Below are positions 1 through 9,214 of a stretch of 64,000 bases of DNA, piece after piece. Within the stretch, counting starts at the first letter, position 1. Every line of letters begins with the position of its first letter. The stretch lies in contig CAVKUW010000115.1 of the NCBI GenBank assembly GCA_963659815.1, forward strand, positions 22,193 through 86,192, in the 5' to 3' direction. The translations under genes were made by a program, and so were the position numbers. A model generated the notes under the pieces. The model did no database searches. It was not told where the DNA came from and was given only the letters and a program-made list of their open reading frames with translations. This DNA comes from Butyricicoccaceae bacterium (GTDB lineage Bacteria; Bacillota; Clostridia; Lachnospirales; Lachnospiraceae).

Positions 1-1076
1 GCAAGAAGGAAGAGGCAGAAGAAGTTAAGAAGGAAGTTGCAAAGAACGCAGCCCGTCTGGCAGAGCTGGAGAAGCAGGAGCCACAGGTACGTGAAGAGTT
101 AAAGAAGAAAATGATGGTCATTCCAAACATCATTGATCCGACTGTTCCAATCGGTAAAGACGATTCTGAGAATGTAGAGCTGGAGCGTTTTGGCGAGCCG
201 GTTGTTCCAGATTTTGAAGTTCCTTATCATACAGACATCATGGAAAAGCTGAACGGTATTGATCTTGACAGTGCAAGAAAGGTAGCCGGAAATGGCTTCT
301 ACTATCTGATGGGCGACATTGCAAGATTGCACTCTGCTGTTATCAGCTACGCAAGAGATTTCATGATTGACCGTGGATTTACTTACTGTGTACCACCTTT
401 CATGATCCGTAGCAACGTTGTAACCGGTGTTATGAGTTTCGCTGAGATGGATGCCATGATGTACAAAATCGAAGGTGAGGATCTGTATCTGATCGGTACA
501 AGTGAGCACTCTATGATTGGTAAGTTCATCGATACAATGACACCAGAGGAAGAGCTTCCTAAGACTCTGACAAGCTACTCTCCATGCTTCCGTAAAGAGA
601 AGGGTGCACATGGTATTGAGGAGCGTGGTGTTTATCGTATCCACCAGTTTGAGAAGCAGGAAATGATCGTTGTCTGCAAGCCAGAGGACAGCAAGATGTG
701 GTTCGACAAGCTGTGGAAAAATACAGTTGATCTGTTCCGTTCTATGGATATTCCAGTTCGTACAATCGAGTGCTGTTCTGGTGATCTGGCAGACTTAAAG
801 GTAAAATCTTACGACGTAGAAGCATGGTCTCCACGTCAGAAAAAATATTTCGAAGTTGGTAGCTGTTCAAACCTCGGTGATGCACAGGCACGTCGTCTTG
901 GCATCAAGGTAAAGGGCAAGGATGGAAAATACTTTGCTCACACATTGAACAATACCGTTGTTGCTCCACCTCGTATGCTGATTGCATTCTTAGAGAACAA
1001 TCTGAGCGAAGATGGAAGCATCAACATTCCAAAGGTTCTTCAGCCATATATGGGCGGTAAGACAAAAATCTGTTAA
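1..1076 (+). CDS. serS: Seryl-tRNA synthetase (5' truncated by window edge)
   Basis: Class II motifs YLIGTSEH, CFRKEKGAHG, HQFEKQE, EVGSCSN, HTLNNT; frame is open upstream of the listed start at 111. Confidence 0.95.
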   Translation, partial: KKEEAEEVKKEVAKNAARLAELEKQEPQVREELKKKMMVIPNIIDPTVPIGKDDSENVELERFGEPVVPDFEVPYHTDIMEKLNGIDLDSARKVAGNGFYYLMGDIARLHSAVISYARDFMIDRGFTYCVPPFMIRSNVVTGVMSFAEMDAMMYKIEGEDLYLIGTSEHSMIGKFIDTMTPEEELPKTLTSYSPCFRKEKGAHGIEERGVYRIHQFEKQEMIVVCKPEDSKMWFDKLWKNTVDLFRSMDIPVRTIECCSGDLADLKVKSYDVEAWSPRQKKYFEVGSCSNLGDAQARRLGIKVKGKDGKYFAHTLNNTVVAPPRMLIAFLENNLSEDGSINIPKVLQPYMGGKTKIC

Positions 1077-1108
1077 TCCATTTCCCATGCGGAAATGCTG
1101 GAGGTAGT

Positions 1109-1984
1109 ATGCATACTTATCTACGTGCGATCGGTTTTCGCGAATGTAAAAATAGACAGCAATTGGAAGATATTTATCGTCACACGTTGAATACTCCAAA
1201 CCGCAAGATAATGACGACGATCAGCGTCGATACGTCGCTGCTGCAGTTTGAAAAAGATTTTGGTAAGAATTTCGGACTCTCGCTCGTCGGTGAATATGAC
1301 ATCAAGGGTTCTTTATCCATTGAACATTATTTTCCTTATTTGAAGGGAGACCGGTTCATGCAGTTTGAGAATATCACGATTCAGAAACAGACCGACAAAG
1401 AAAGCTATGCGGGAGTCTGCGAAGATTACCATCTTGGTATGACGATTATCTTCTATGTCATCAATATCGCAGATTATGCAAAATCCAAATGGTTGAATTA
1501 TTCCAACCGGCAGATCACGAAGGTCAAGTTTTCTGCTTTGTCTGTAGCTGGAACGGTTTTGCTTGGTATGCATCATTCCAAGCATCAGATATCCGTCGAA
1601 TCGAAAGGACGGAACCGCAGAAACCAGTTGCTCGATGCAGCTCGAAACGGTGATACCGACGCAATGGAACAACTGACCTATGACGAAATGAACACCTACA
1701 CCTCGATTTCTTCCAGAGTCATCAAGGAGGATGTTCTTTCAATCATCGATACAAGCTTTATGCCTTGCGGCGTGGAATGCGACCATTACATGGTTATCGG
1801 AAATATCTATGCAGTGGAAAAACTGAAAAATATATACAGCAAAGAGATCGTCTATAATTTGCTGATTGAAGCAAATGGACTGATGATCAATGTCGGCATC
1901 AATGAAGCAGATTTACAGGGAGAACCAAAGGTCGGCAGACGGTTCCGCGGAGAAATCTGGTTACAGGGTGTCGTGACAATCTAA
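1109..1984 (+). CDS. Conserved clostridial hypothetical protein (DUF3881-like)
   Basis: N-terminal YLRAIGF and C-terminal GEPKVGRRFRGEIWLQG; RBS GGAGG upstream. Confidence 0.65.
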   Translation: MHTYLRAIGFRECKNRQQLEDIYRHTLNTPNRKIMTTISVDTSLLQFEKDFGKNFGLSLVGEYDIKGSLSIEHYFPYLKGDRFMQFENITIQKQTDKESYAGVCEDYHLGMTIIFYVINIADYAKSKWLNYSNRQITKVKFSALSVAGTVLLGMHHSKHQISVESKGRNRRNQLLDAARNGDTDAMEQLTYDEMNTYTSISSRVIKEDVLSIIDTSFMPCGVECDHYMVIGNIYAVEKLKNIYSKEIVYNLLIEANGLMINVGINEADLQGEPKVGRRFRGEIWLQGVVTI

Positions 1985-2007
1985 TATACTTTCAGGAAGG
2001 AGATTTT

Positions 2008-2973
2008 ATGTATCTAGTATTTGACGTAGGTGGTACTTTTGTAAAATACGCTTGGATGAGTGTGGACGGTGATATTCAGGAAAAGGGAAAATACTCAACC
2101 CCGACCAAGGAAGGAGAATCTGTACCAGAATTCGTGGAATCTCTCGGACAGATTTATGACAAATACAAAGATCAAGGTGTAGAAGGAATCGCCCTTTCTC
2201 TGCCAGGACTTATTGACGCGGAAAACGGTATCATCCGAAACGGCGGTGGTATTAAATATCTGAAGGACGCACATCTGGCAGAACTGCTTGGTGCGCGCTG
2301 TGACGGTGTGAAGATTTCCATGGAAAACGATGGAAAATGTGCAGCCCTTGCAGAAGTCTGGATGGGTAATGCCAAAGGCTGTAAGAATGCAGCTGTAGTC
2401 ATCCTTGGAACCGGTATCGGTGGCGGTATCGTAATCAATGGGCATGTGCATCGTGGAAAAGATCTGTCTGCCGGAGAATTATCTTATTTCTTCGCAGATA
2501 CACTGACAAGAAAAGATGTGGATAAGATCTTTGATATTGATTCGATCAGCGATATGGAAGAAGAGTATGAGAAGCTTCCTTATCTGTGGTCTACAACATT
2601 TTCAACACGTGCCTTTGTCTATCAGGTAGCGATGGCAAAAGGATTAAATCCGAAGGAATTGAACGGAGAGATCATCTACAAATGGGCAGATGAAGGAGAT
2701 CCGGTTACGCTCGAACTGTTGGAAGATTTCTATTTCACAACAGCAAAATACTTGTTCAACATCTTTGCGATTGTTGATCCCGATATTATATTACTTGGTG
2801 GTGGAATCAGCGCACAGCCTGCATTTGTGGAAGGTGTTAAACGCTATGTAGAGAAGCTGAAGTCTATCAGCATGATCACAAACTTCATCAAGGTTGATGT
2901 ATGTAAGTTCGGAAATGATTCAAATCTGCTCGGTGCGCTTTACAGCTTCCGACAGATGTATCTGGAAAATTAG
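2008..2973 (+). CDS. ROK-family sugar kinase
   Basis: FDVGGTFVK, ENDGKCAALAE, GTGIGGGIV, GGGIS motifs. Confidence 0.9.
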   Translation: MYLVFDVGGTFVKYAWMSVDGDIQEKGKYSTPTKEGESVPEFVESLGQIYDKYKDQGVEGIALSLPGLIDAENGIIRNGGGIKYLKDAHLAELLGARCDGVKISMENDGKCAALAEVWMGNAKGCKNAAVVILGTGIGGGIVINGHVHRGKDLSAGELSYFFADTLTRKDVDKIFDIDSISDMEEEYEKLPYLWSTTFSTRAFVYQVAMAKGLNPKELNGEIIYKWADEGDPVTLELLEDFYFTTAKYLFNIFAIVDPDIILLGGGISAQPAFVEGVKRYVEKLKSISMITNFIKVDVCKFGNDSNLLGALYSFRQMYLEN

Positions 2974-2985
2974 ACAATAAAAAAA

Positions 2986-3059
2986 TGTTCCCGAGGCGAT
3001 TCGAACGCCCGACCTACCGCTTAGGAGGCGGTTGCTCTATCCTGCTGAGCTACGGAAAC
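2986..3059 (-). tRNA. tRNA-Arg(CCT)
   Basis: Reverse complement folds as cloverleaf GTTTCCG...CGGGAAC-A, anticodon arm ACCGC-CT-CCT-AA-GCGGT, TTCGAAT T-loop; CCA not encoded. Confidence 0.95.
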
Positions 3060-3071
3060 AAATCGTTATCT

Positions 3072-3100
3072 ATTTTATAATATTTTTGATAGGAGGTCAA
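3072..3100 (-). promoter_or_regulatory. Sigma-A-type promoter for tRNA-Arg
   Basis: TTGACC-17 nt-TAAAAT on the minus strand just upstream of the tRNA. Confidence 0.6.
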
Positions 3101-3105
3101 TATCC

Positions 3106-4518
3106 ATGATTTTAAAAAAGCTGAAACCAATGCCAAAAGATTTTCTGTGGGGTGCTTCTACCAGTGCATATCAGGTAGAGGGTGCAAACCTGACACATGG
3201 AAAAGGACCAAGTGTACAGGATATCAAGAAGGTACCGGAAGGCACCAGTGAATTAGATGTATGTGCTGATTTCTATCATCACTACAAAGAAGATATCGCA
3301 TTGATGGCAGAAATGGGATTTAAGACATTCCGTTTTTCTGTTGCATGGTCCCGTATTCTTCCGGAAGGAACCGGTGCCGTCAATCAGGAAGGTATCGATT
3401 TCTACAACAACGTCATCGACGAATGTCTGAAATACAACATTGAACCACTCGTTACGATGTTCCATTTTGATCTTCCGGCAGCCCTTGAGAAGAAGGGTGG
3501 ATGGTCAAGAAGAGAGAGCGTCGATGAGTTTGTAAACTTCGCAAAGATTCTCTATGAGAACTATGGTGACCGTGTAAAATACTGGCTCACGATCAATGAG
3601 CAGAATGTATTAACCTTAAATGGAGAAGTGATTGGCACCTGTGATTTAAAGGGTGTGGATAACAAATATAAGAAACTGTATCAGGAAAATCATCATATGC
3701 TGCTTGCTCAGGCAAAGGCTATGGCTCTGTGCCATGAGATGGTACCAGGTGGAAAGATTGGTCCTGCACCAAACATTTCCCTTGTCTATCCGGCAAGCTG
3801 CAAGCCAAAGGATGTATTGGCAGCACAAAACTTAAATGCAATCCGTAACTGGCTGTATCTTGATATGGCAGTTTTCGGTCGCTACAACAATCTCGTATGG
3901 GCATTCTTAGAAGAACACGATGCAACTCCTGTTATCGAATATGGTGACATGGATATCATGGCGAGTGCTCATCCGGACTTTATTGGATTTAATTACTACT
4001 CTACAGCAACTGTAGAATGGAACGATGGAACGGAACCTGCTGGCAGAGGTGATCAGCAGATCAGTGGCGATGAACCTGGCGTATTTAAGGCTTATCCAAA
4101 TCCAAACCTGCTTCGTACCGAGTTTGGCTGGGAGATTGATCCGGATGGTTTCCGCGCAACGATGCGTGAGATCTACAGCCGTTATCACCTGCCAATGATC
4201 GTCACAGAGAACGGTCTTGGCGCTTACGATAAACTGACAGAGGATGGCAAGGTTCATGACCAGTATCGTATCGAATACTTGAGAAAGCATATCGAGCAGA
4301 TCAAGCTTGCATGCTCCGAAGGTGTAGAGATGATGGGCTATTGTCCTTGGTCAGCGATTGACCTTGTATCAACCCACGAAGGTGTCGTAAAGCGTTATGG
4401 ATTTATCTATGTAAACCGTGATGAATTTGATCTGAAGGATCTGGCAAGATACAAGAAGGATTCCTTCTACTGGTACAAGAAGGTCATCGAGACAAACGGA
4501 GAAGATCTGTCAGATTAA
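3106..4518 (+). CDS. Glycoside hydrolase family 1 (6-phospho-beta-glucosidase-like)
   Basis: FLWGASTSAYQVEG, TINEQN acid/base, VTENG nucleophile, RYGFIYV. Confidence 0.92.
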   Translation: MILKKLKPMPKDFLWGASTSAYQVEGANLTHGKGPSVQDIKKVPEGTSELDVCADFYHHYKEDIALMAEMGFKTFRFSVAWSRILPEGTGAVNQEGIDFYNNVIDECLKYNIEPLVTMFHFDLPAALEKKGGWSRRESVDEFVNFAKILYENYGDRVKYWLTINEQNVLTLNGEVIGTCDLKGVDNKYKKLYQENHHMLLAQAKAMALCHEMVPGGKIGPAPNISLVYPASCKPKDVLAAQNLNAIRNWLYLDMAVFGRYNNLVWAFLEEHDATPVIEYGDMDIMASAHPDFIGFNYYSTATVEWNDGTEPAGRGDQQISGDEPGVFKAYPNPNLLRTEFGWEIDPDGFRATMREIYSRYHLPMIVTENGLGAYDKLTEDGKVHDQYRIEYLRKHIEQIKLACSEGVEMMGYCPWSAIDLVSTHEGVVKRYGFIYVNRDEFDLKDLARYKKDSFYWYKKVIETNGEDLSD

Positions 4519-4550
4519 TCCGGTTTCACGTGTAGAACGGAGGGTGTTAC

Positions 4551-5177
4551 ATGAACCGTAAATCAAGTACAACTCTTACAATCAGTGCTGTCGCTTTTAT
4601 AGCGGCACTGCTGATTGACTTATATTTAATATTGGTATATCCTTCCATGATTCAGGTTATCATCGCGGTGTCTCTGATTGTGGTCGTTGATACCTATTTT
4701 CTGGTGGATGGAATTCTTGCGAAAGTTGATGAGATTGCAAACCTGAATCTCGATAAGCAGAACGAACTTACCAAGGTAGAAAAAGGTATCTACTCAGTTG
4801 CAAAAAGAGAAGAGGTTTCCCGTACCCAGAGTATGTCCGCTATCCTTGATATGATGTTGGAGATGAAAGACGAGAATTCCAAGCTGTTGTCTGAGATCAA
4901 GGATGATAATTCAAAGCACATGAAAGATCTCATGGAACAGGATAAGCTGATGACAAAGATTCAGTTGAAGAAAGATGTAGACAATACCGACCGTGTGGTA
5001 AGCAGCACGGAAAAGATGGCTGTTTTGATTACAAAAATGGCAACCGCAAATTCACGTTCTTCCAATGAGACCATTGAGATTCTCAATGATATTTGCAAAG
5101 AACTGGAACAGCGTAACGGAAAAACAGAGGATGAGAACGACTACTCCCATCTTCGCATAATGGATAAGGCAGAATAA
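4551..5177 (+). CDS. Hypothetical protein, two N-terminal TM helices plus coiled coil
   Basis: Hydrophobic first ~55 aa then charged helical region; RBS GGAGGG. Confidence 0.7.
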   Translation: MNRKSSTTLTISAVAFIAALLIDLYLILVYPSMIQVIIAVSLIVVVDTYFLVDGILAKVDEIANLNLDKQNELTKVEKGIYSVAKREEVSRTQSMSAILDMMLEMKDENSKLLSEIKDDNSKHMKDLMEQDKLMTKIQLKKDVDNTDRVVSSTEKMAVLITKMATANSRSSNETIEILNDICKELEQRNGKTEDENDYSHLRIMDKAE

Positions 5178-5179
5178 AC

Positions 5180-6133
5180 ATGAACTATATCATATTTGAT
5201 TTGGAATGGAACCAATGCTGTGGTGGCAGAGATATGGAAAATCCACGCATGCCATTTGAAATCATAGAAATCGGTGCAGTCAAACTGGACAAAAAATTTA
5301 ATATTATCGACACATATTCCAGTATTATAAAACCAAAACTCTACAAGAAGCTGCAGCCACATATCAAGACAATTTTAAATTATGATGAATCCACACTTCG
5401 AAAGGGACGTCCGTTCGATATGGTGTATCGGGAATTCATCAAATGGTGTGGACAGGATGATTATATCTTTGGCACATGGGGTTCAATGGACTTGAATATC
5501 TTACAGACAAACATGGACTACTACTATTTAAAACCAATGCCCGTGCCGTTAAAGTTTTATAATGTACAGCAAATCTATGCAGATATGTATGACGAAGATG
5601 GTAAGATTGTAAAGCTGAAAAGAGCGGTCGAACATCTGAAGATAGAAGTGGAAGAAGATAAACCATTTCACAGTGCAGTGAATGATGCATACTATACCGG
5701 ACTTGTGCTGAAAGCAATGTCTCCAAGAGATCTGGCAGACCGGTATTGTTACGATATCTACAACAATCCAAAAGATAAAAAGGATGAGATCATATCTCAT
5801 CATAAGCATTATTTAGAACATATCTCCAGAGAATACCATTGCAAGGAGGAAGCAATTTCAGATATTGATCTAATGGCTCCAATCTGTTATCGCTGTGGTA
5901 AAAAATTAGCACCAAAAGTAAAATGGTTTGCAAATACACCGAACTCCTATACCTGCATTGGAAAATGCTGGCATCACGGATTGGTGAGTGGCAAGATACG
6001 ATTTAAACAATCAAGAAACAACAATATATTTGTCATTAAAACGATGGTTCCAACCGATAAAAAAGGTCTGGAAGCAATGAAAGAGCGACAGGACGAACTC
6101 CGGATAAGACGTCAGACAAAGCGTCATAATTAA
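5180..6133 (+). CDS. DEDDh 3'-5' exonuclease (ERI-1/KapD-like) with C-terminal Cys/His cluster
   Basis: IIFDLEWN, EIIEIGAVK, WGSMD, HSAVNDA; CYRC and CWHH at the C-terminus. Confidence 0.85.
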   Translation: MNYIIFDLEWNQCCGGRDMENPRMPFEIIEIGAVKLDKKFNIIDTYSSIIKPKLYKKLQPHIKTILNYDESTLRKGRPFDMVYREFIKWCGQDDYIFGTWGSMDLNILQTNMDYYYLKPMPVPLKFYNVQQIYADMYDEDGKIVKLKRAVEHLKIEVEEDKPFHSAVNDAYYTGLVLKAMSPRDLADRYCYDIYNNPKDKKDEIISHHKHYLEHISREYHCKEEAISDIDLMAPICYRCGKKLAPKVKWFANTPNSYTCIGKCWHHGLVSGKIRFKQSRNNNIFVIKTMVPTDKKGLEAMKERQDELRIRRQTKRHN

Positions 6134-6168
6134 AACAACCCCTTGGCTGATTAGCCGAGGGGTTGTTT
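6133..6168. terminator. Bidirectional terminator between convergent exonuclease gene and rsmG
   Basis: AAACAACCCCTTGGCT-GATT-AGCCGAGGGGTTGTTT hairpin overlapping the rsmG stop. Confidence 0.75.
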
Positions 6169-6873
6169 GCTTGCAGTCCCTGCTTTTCGCGGATATGCTT
6201 TTGGTGTCTGTTTTTCTTTTCTGATAAATACAAAGCTCCGACTGATATCCGAATCCGGAAGCATGAGTTTTTCTACTTTTTCAATCTTACCACCGAGAAT
6301 CTGGATTGCCTTTTTTCCCTGTGTGATTTCTTCCTCCACCGTTCCGGTTTTATATGGAATAAAGTAGCCTCCAACCTTCACAAATGGAATACAATACTCC
6401 GAAAGCACTGCCATATTTGCTACCGCACGTGAAACTACAAAATCATATTTCTCACGCATTGCCTTATCTCTGGCGCCTTCCTCTGCACGTCCATGTACCG
6501 CTGATATCTCATTCAAGTTTAACGCTTCAATCACTTCCTGCAGGAATTTAATACGTTTGTTCAGGGAATCAAACAACGTTACCTGCAGATTTGGAAATGC
6601 GATTTTTAACGGAATACCCGGAAATCCCGCACCCGTTCCCACATCAATGATTTTATATGGTTTTTCCCACAGCTTCACATATCCGGCAAGTGCAAGACTA
6701 TCAATAAAATGTTTGAGGATTACCTCTTCCCGCTCTGTGATAGCAGTCAGATTCATCACCTTATTTTTCTCAATCAACCTATCATAATACTGCTCGAACT
6801 GCGCAAGCTGCGCATCGGTCAAAAGCACCTGTCCCTCTGTAATTTGTTCTACATATGTTCTAACTTTTTCCAT
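6151..6873 (-). CDS. rsmG: 16S rRNA m7G527 methyltransferase
   Basis: MNLTAI, KHFIDS, DVGTGAGFPG, VSRAVA; follows mnmG. Confidence 0.95.
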   Translation of the reverse strand: MEKVRTYVEQITEGQVLLTDAQLAQFEQYYDRLIEKNKVMNLTAITEREEVILKHFIDSLALAGYVKLWEKPYKIIDVGTGAGFPGIPLKIAFPNLQVTLFDSLNKRIKFLQEVIEALNLNEISAVHGRAEEGARDKAMREKYDFVVSRAVANMAVLSEYCIPFVKVGGYFIPYKTGTVEEEITQGKKAIQILGGKIEKVEKLMLPDSDISRSFVFIRKEKQTPKAYPRKAGTASKQPLG

Positions 6874-6884
6874 ATTCTATATTC

Positions 6885-8843
6885 CTATGCCTGTTTTTTT
6901 GTCTCCAGATAGATCATTAACACCGACACATCTGCCGGCGATACACCAGAGATACGCGATGCCTGTCCGAGAGAAGTTGGACGGATATTGGATAATTTCT
7001 GTCTGGCTTCCTTTCTCAGATTTGCAACATCATCATAATTGATATCATCTGGAATCTGCTTTTTCTCCATCTTCTGGAAATGTTCTACCTGTTGCTTCTG
7101 ACGACTGATATAACCATCATACTTGATTGCAATATTGATCTGTTCTACTACTTCATCATCCAAAGCAATCTTATCTATCGTATCAACATCAAGCAATGTT
7201 TGGTATGCTTCCTGTCTGCCAGTATCTAATTCTTCCAATGCTTCATAAGAAAGCTCTGGTCTGCGGATAAGCTCTGCCAGCGTTGCAGCTGTTCCAAGTG
7301 AAGAGCTTCCATGCTTCGCCAGAAATTCCTGTACATGCTTATTTGCACCAACTGATATCTCATTCATACGTGCAATTTCCGCATCAATCTGTCTGCGCTT
7401 CTCACAGAATTTTTCATAACGTGTTTCGTCAATCAGACCGATTTCATGTCCGATATCTGTCAGTCGTAGATCCGCATTATCCTGCCGTAAAAGCAGTCGA
7501 TACTCTGCACGGCTCGTCATCATACGATATGGTTCCTGTGTCTCCTTTGTTACGAGATCATCAATCAAAACACCAATATATGCCTGCGAACGATCCAAGA
7601 TCACTGGTGGTTTATTCTGCAGCTTCCGCGCTGCATTGATACCAGCCATGATACCCTGTGCAGCTGCTTCCTCATATCCAGAACTTCCATTGATCTGTCC
7701 GGCACTGAACAATCCATCCATATCTTTAAATTCCAGATTTGCCTTCAGGTTTGTCGCATCAATACAATCATATTCGATTGCGTACGCATTTCGAACGATT
7801 GCCACATGCTCTAATCCCGGTACTGTATGAATCATCGCATACTGCACATCCTCCGGCAGGGAAGAAGACATACCACCCATATACATCTCATTTGTAAATT
7901 CACCCTCCGGCTCAATAAACAACTGATGGCGGTCTTTGTCCGGGAACTTCATGACCTTATCCTCAATAGAAGGACAATATCTCGGTCCGGTTCCCTCAAT
8001 AAATCCAGAGAAGAGCGGAGAACGATCAATATTATCCTTGATGATCTTATGTGTTTCCTCGTTCGTATAAGTCAGCCAGCAGGAAATCTGATCCCGCTTG
8101 ATATCTTCCTCTTTATTCGTAAAGGAAAATGGAACGATATGCTCGTCACCCTTTTGTTCCTGCATCTTGGAAAAATCTATCGTCTTTTTATCCAGTCTTG
8201 CTGGTGTACCTGTTTTAAATCGACGGATAAAGATACCTGCATCGCGCATGGAATCAGACAGATGATTTGCCGCTGATAAACCATTTGGTCCAGTGTAGTT
8301 CACTACATCTCCATAGATGCATCTTGCCTTCAGATATGTTCCGGTACATAAGATAACTGCCTTTGCATGATACACTGCACCCGAATACATACGAACACCA
8401 CAGATAATTTTCTGATCTTTCATCTCATCGGTAATCTTCGTATCATATAAAAGCTCAGCAACCTCACCCTGACGGAGTGTCAGATGTTCCTGATTCTGAA
8501 GTGTTAAACGCATCTGCTTTGTATATTCGCCCTTGTCTGCCTGTGCACGCAAAGAGTGTACGGCAGGACCTTTGGATACATTCAGCATCTTACTCTGAAT
8601 ATAGGTCTTATCAATATTTTTACCCATCTCACCACCTAAGGCGTCAATTTCACGCACCAGATGTCCTTTGGAGCTTCCACCGACATTTGGATTGCATGGC
8701 ATCAGGGCAACGCTGTCCATGCTGATAGTGAATAGAATGGTTTCAAGACCGAGTCGAGATGCTGCTAATGCAGCTTCACAGCCCGCATGACCGGCACCAA
8801 CGACGATGATATCATATTCTTCCTCTATATATTTCTTTTCCAT
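6885..8843 (-). CDS. mnmG: tRNA uridine 5-carboxymethylaminomethyl modification enzyme GidA
   Basis: [54 protein letters not shown]. Confidence 0.97.
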   Translation of the reverse strand: MEKKYIEEEYDIIVVGAGHAGCEAALAASRLGLETILFTISMDSVALMPCNPNVGGSSKGHLVREIDALGGEMGKNIDKTYIQSKMLNVSKGPAVHSLRAQADKGEYTKQMRLTLQNQEHLTLRQGEVAELLYDTKITDEMKDQKIICGVRMYSGAVYHAKAVILCTGTYLKARCIYGDVVNYTGPNGLSAANHLSDSMRDAGIFIRRFKTGTPARLDKKTIDFSKMQEQKGDEHIVPFSFTNKEEDIKRDQISCWLTYTNEETHKIIKDNIDRSPLFSGFIEGTGPRYCPSIEDKVMKFPDKDRHQLFIEPEGEFTNEMYMGGMSSSLPEDVQYAMIHTVPGLEHVAIVRNAYAIEYDCIDATNLKANLEFKDMDGLFSAGQINGSSGYEEAAAQGIMAGINAARKLQNKPPVILDRSQAYIGVLIDDLVTKETQEPYRMMTSRAEYRLLLRQDNADLRLTDIGHEIGLIDETRYEKFCEKRRQIDAEIARMNEISVGANKHVQEFLAKHGSSSLGTAATLAELIRRPELSYEALEELDTGRQEAYQTLLDVDTIDKIALDDEVVEQINIAIKYDGYISRQKQQVEHFQKMEKKQIPDDINYDDVANLRKEARQKLSNIRPTSLGQASRISGVSPADVSVLMIYLETKKQA

Positions 8844-8863
8844 AACTTCAAGATTCCTTTTTC

Positions 8864-9077
8864 TAAACGATTTTCATGATTTACTTTTTTCATAGAAATA
8901 ATATAAGAATACACAATTCCACGCAGACGCGCTCTCGCTCACTTCCACACGCAGCGGACACTAAACTCCCAGTGATACATCACTGCTCGTTAAGTGCCGG
9001 CGTGTTCCAATGGTCTGCGTTAAAATTGGTATATCTTATATTATTTCATTTACGCTATGAACCATGAAAATCGTTTA
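8864..9077. repeat. Long imperfect palindromic element A (AT-rich arms, GC-richer structured core)
   Basis: Perfect 15-bp terminal IR TAAACGATTTTCATG / CATGAAAATCGTTTA; inner IRs GAAATAATATAAGA and ACGCAGAC; core hairpin CAGTGAT-AC-ATCACTG. Confidence 0.8.
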
Positions 9078-9103
9078 TCTACATATTCTACTTTAACTAA
9101 ATA

Positions 9104-9140
9104 ATTATACCTTGTTGAATAAAAAAAGAAAAGGTATAAT
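9104..9140. promoter_or_regulatory. Symmetric divergent -10 boxes for mnmG and mnmE
   Basis: Perfect 10-bp IR ATTATACCTT (9104-9113) / AAGGTATAAT (9131-9140); each half reads TATAAT pointing outward. Confidence 0.55.
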
Positions 9141-9214
9141 AGAGGAAATTGTGATTTTCCCGTATGTTGGTGCATTCACATGCGGGTACCTTATTGAAAG
9201 AAAGGTGTTTGATT

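Noticed and set aside
4522..4537. parS-like GGTTTCACGTGTAGAA
   Set aside because: Four mismatches to TGTTTCACGTGAAACA; only one half-site is good.
6421..6436. parS-like CACGTGAAAC in rsmG
   Set aside because: Half-site only, explained by the VSRA codons.
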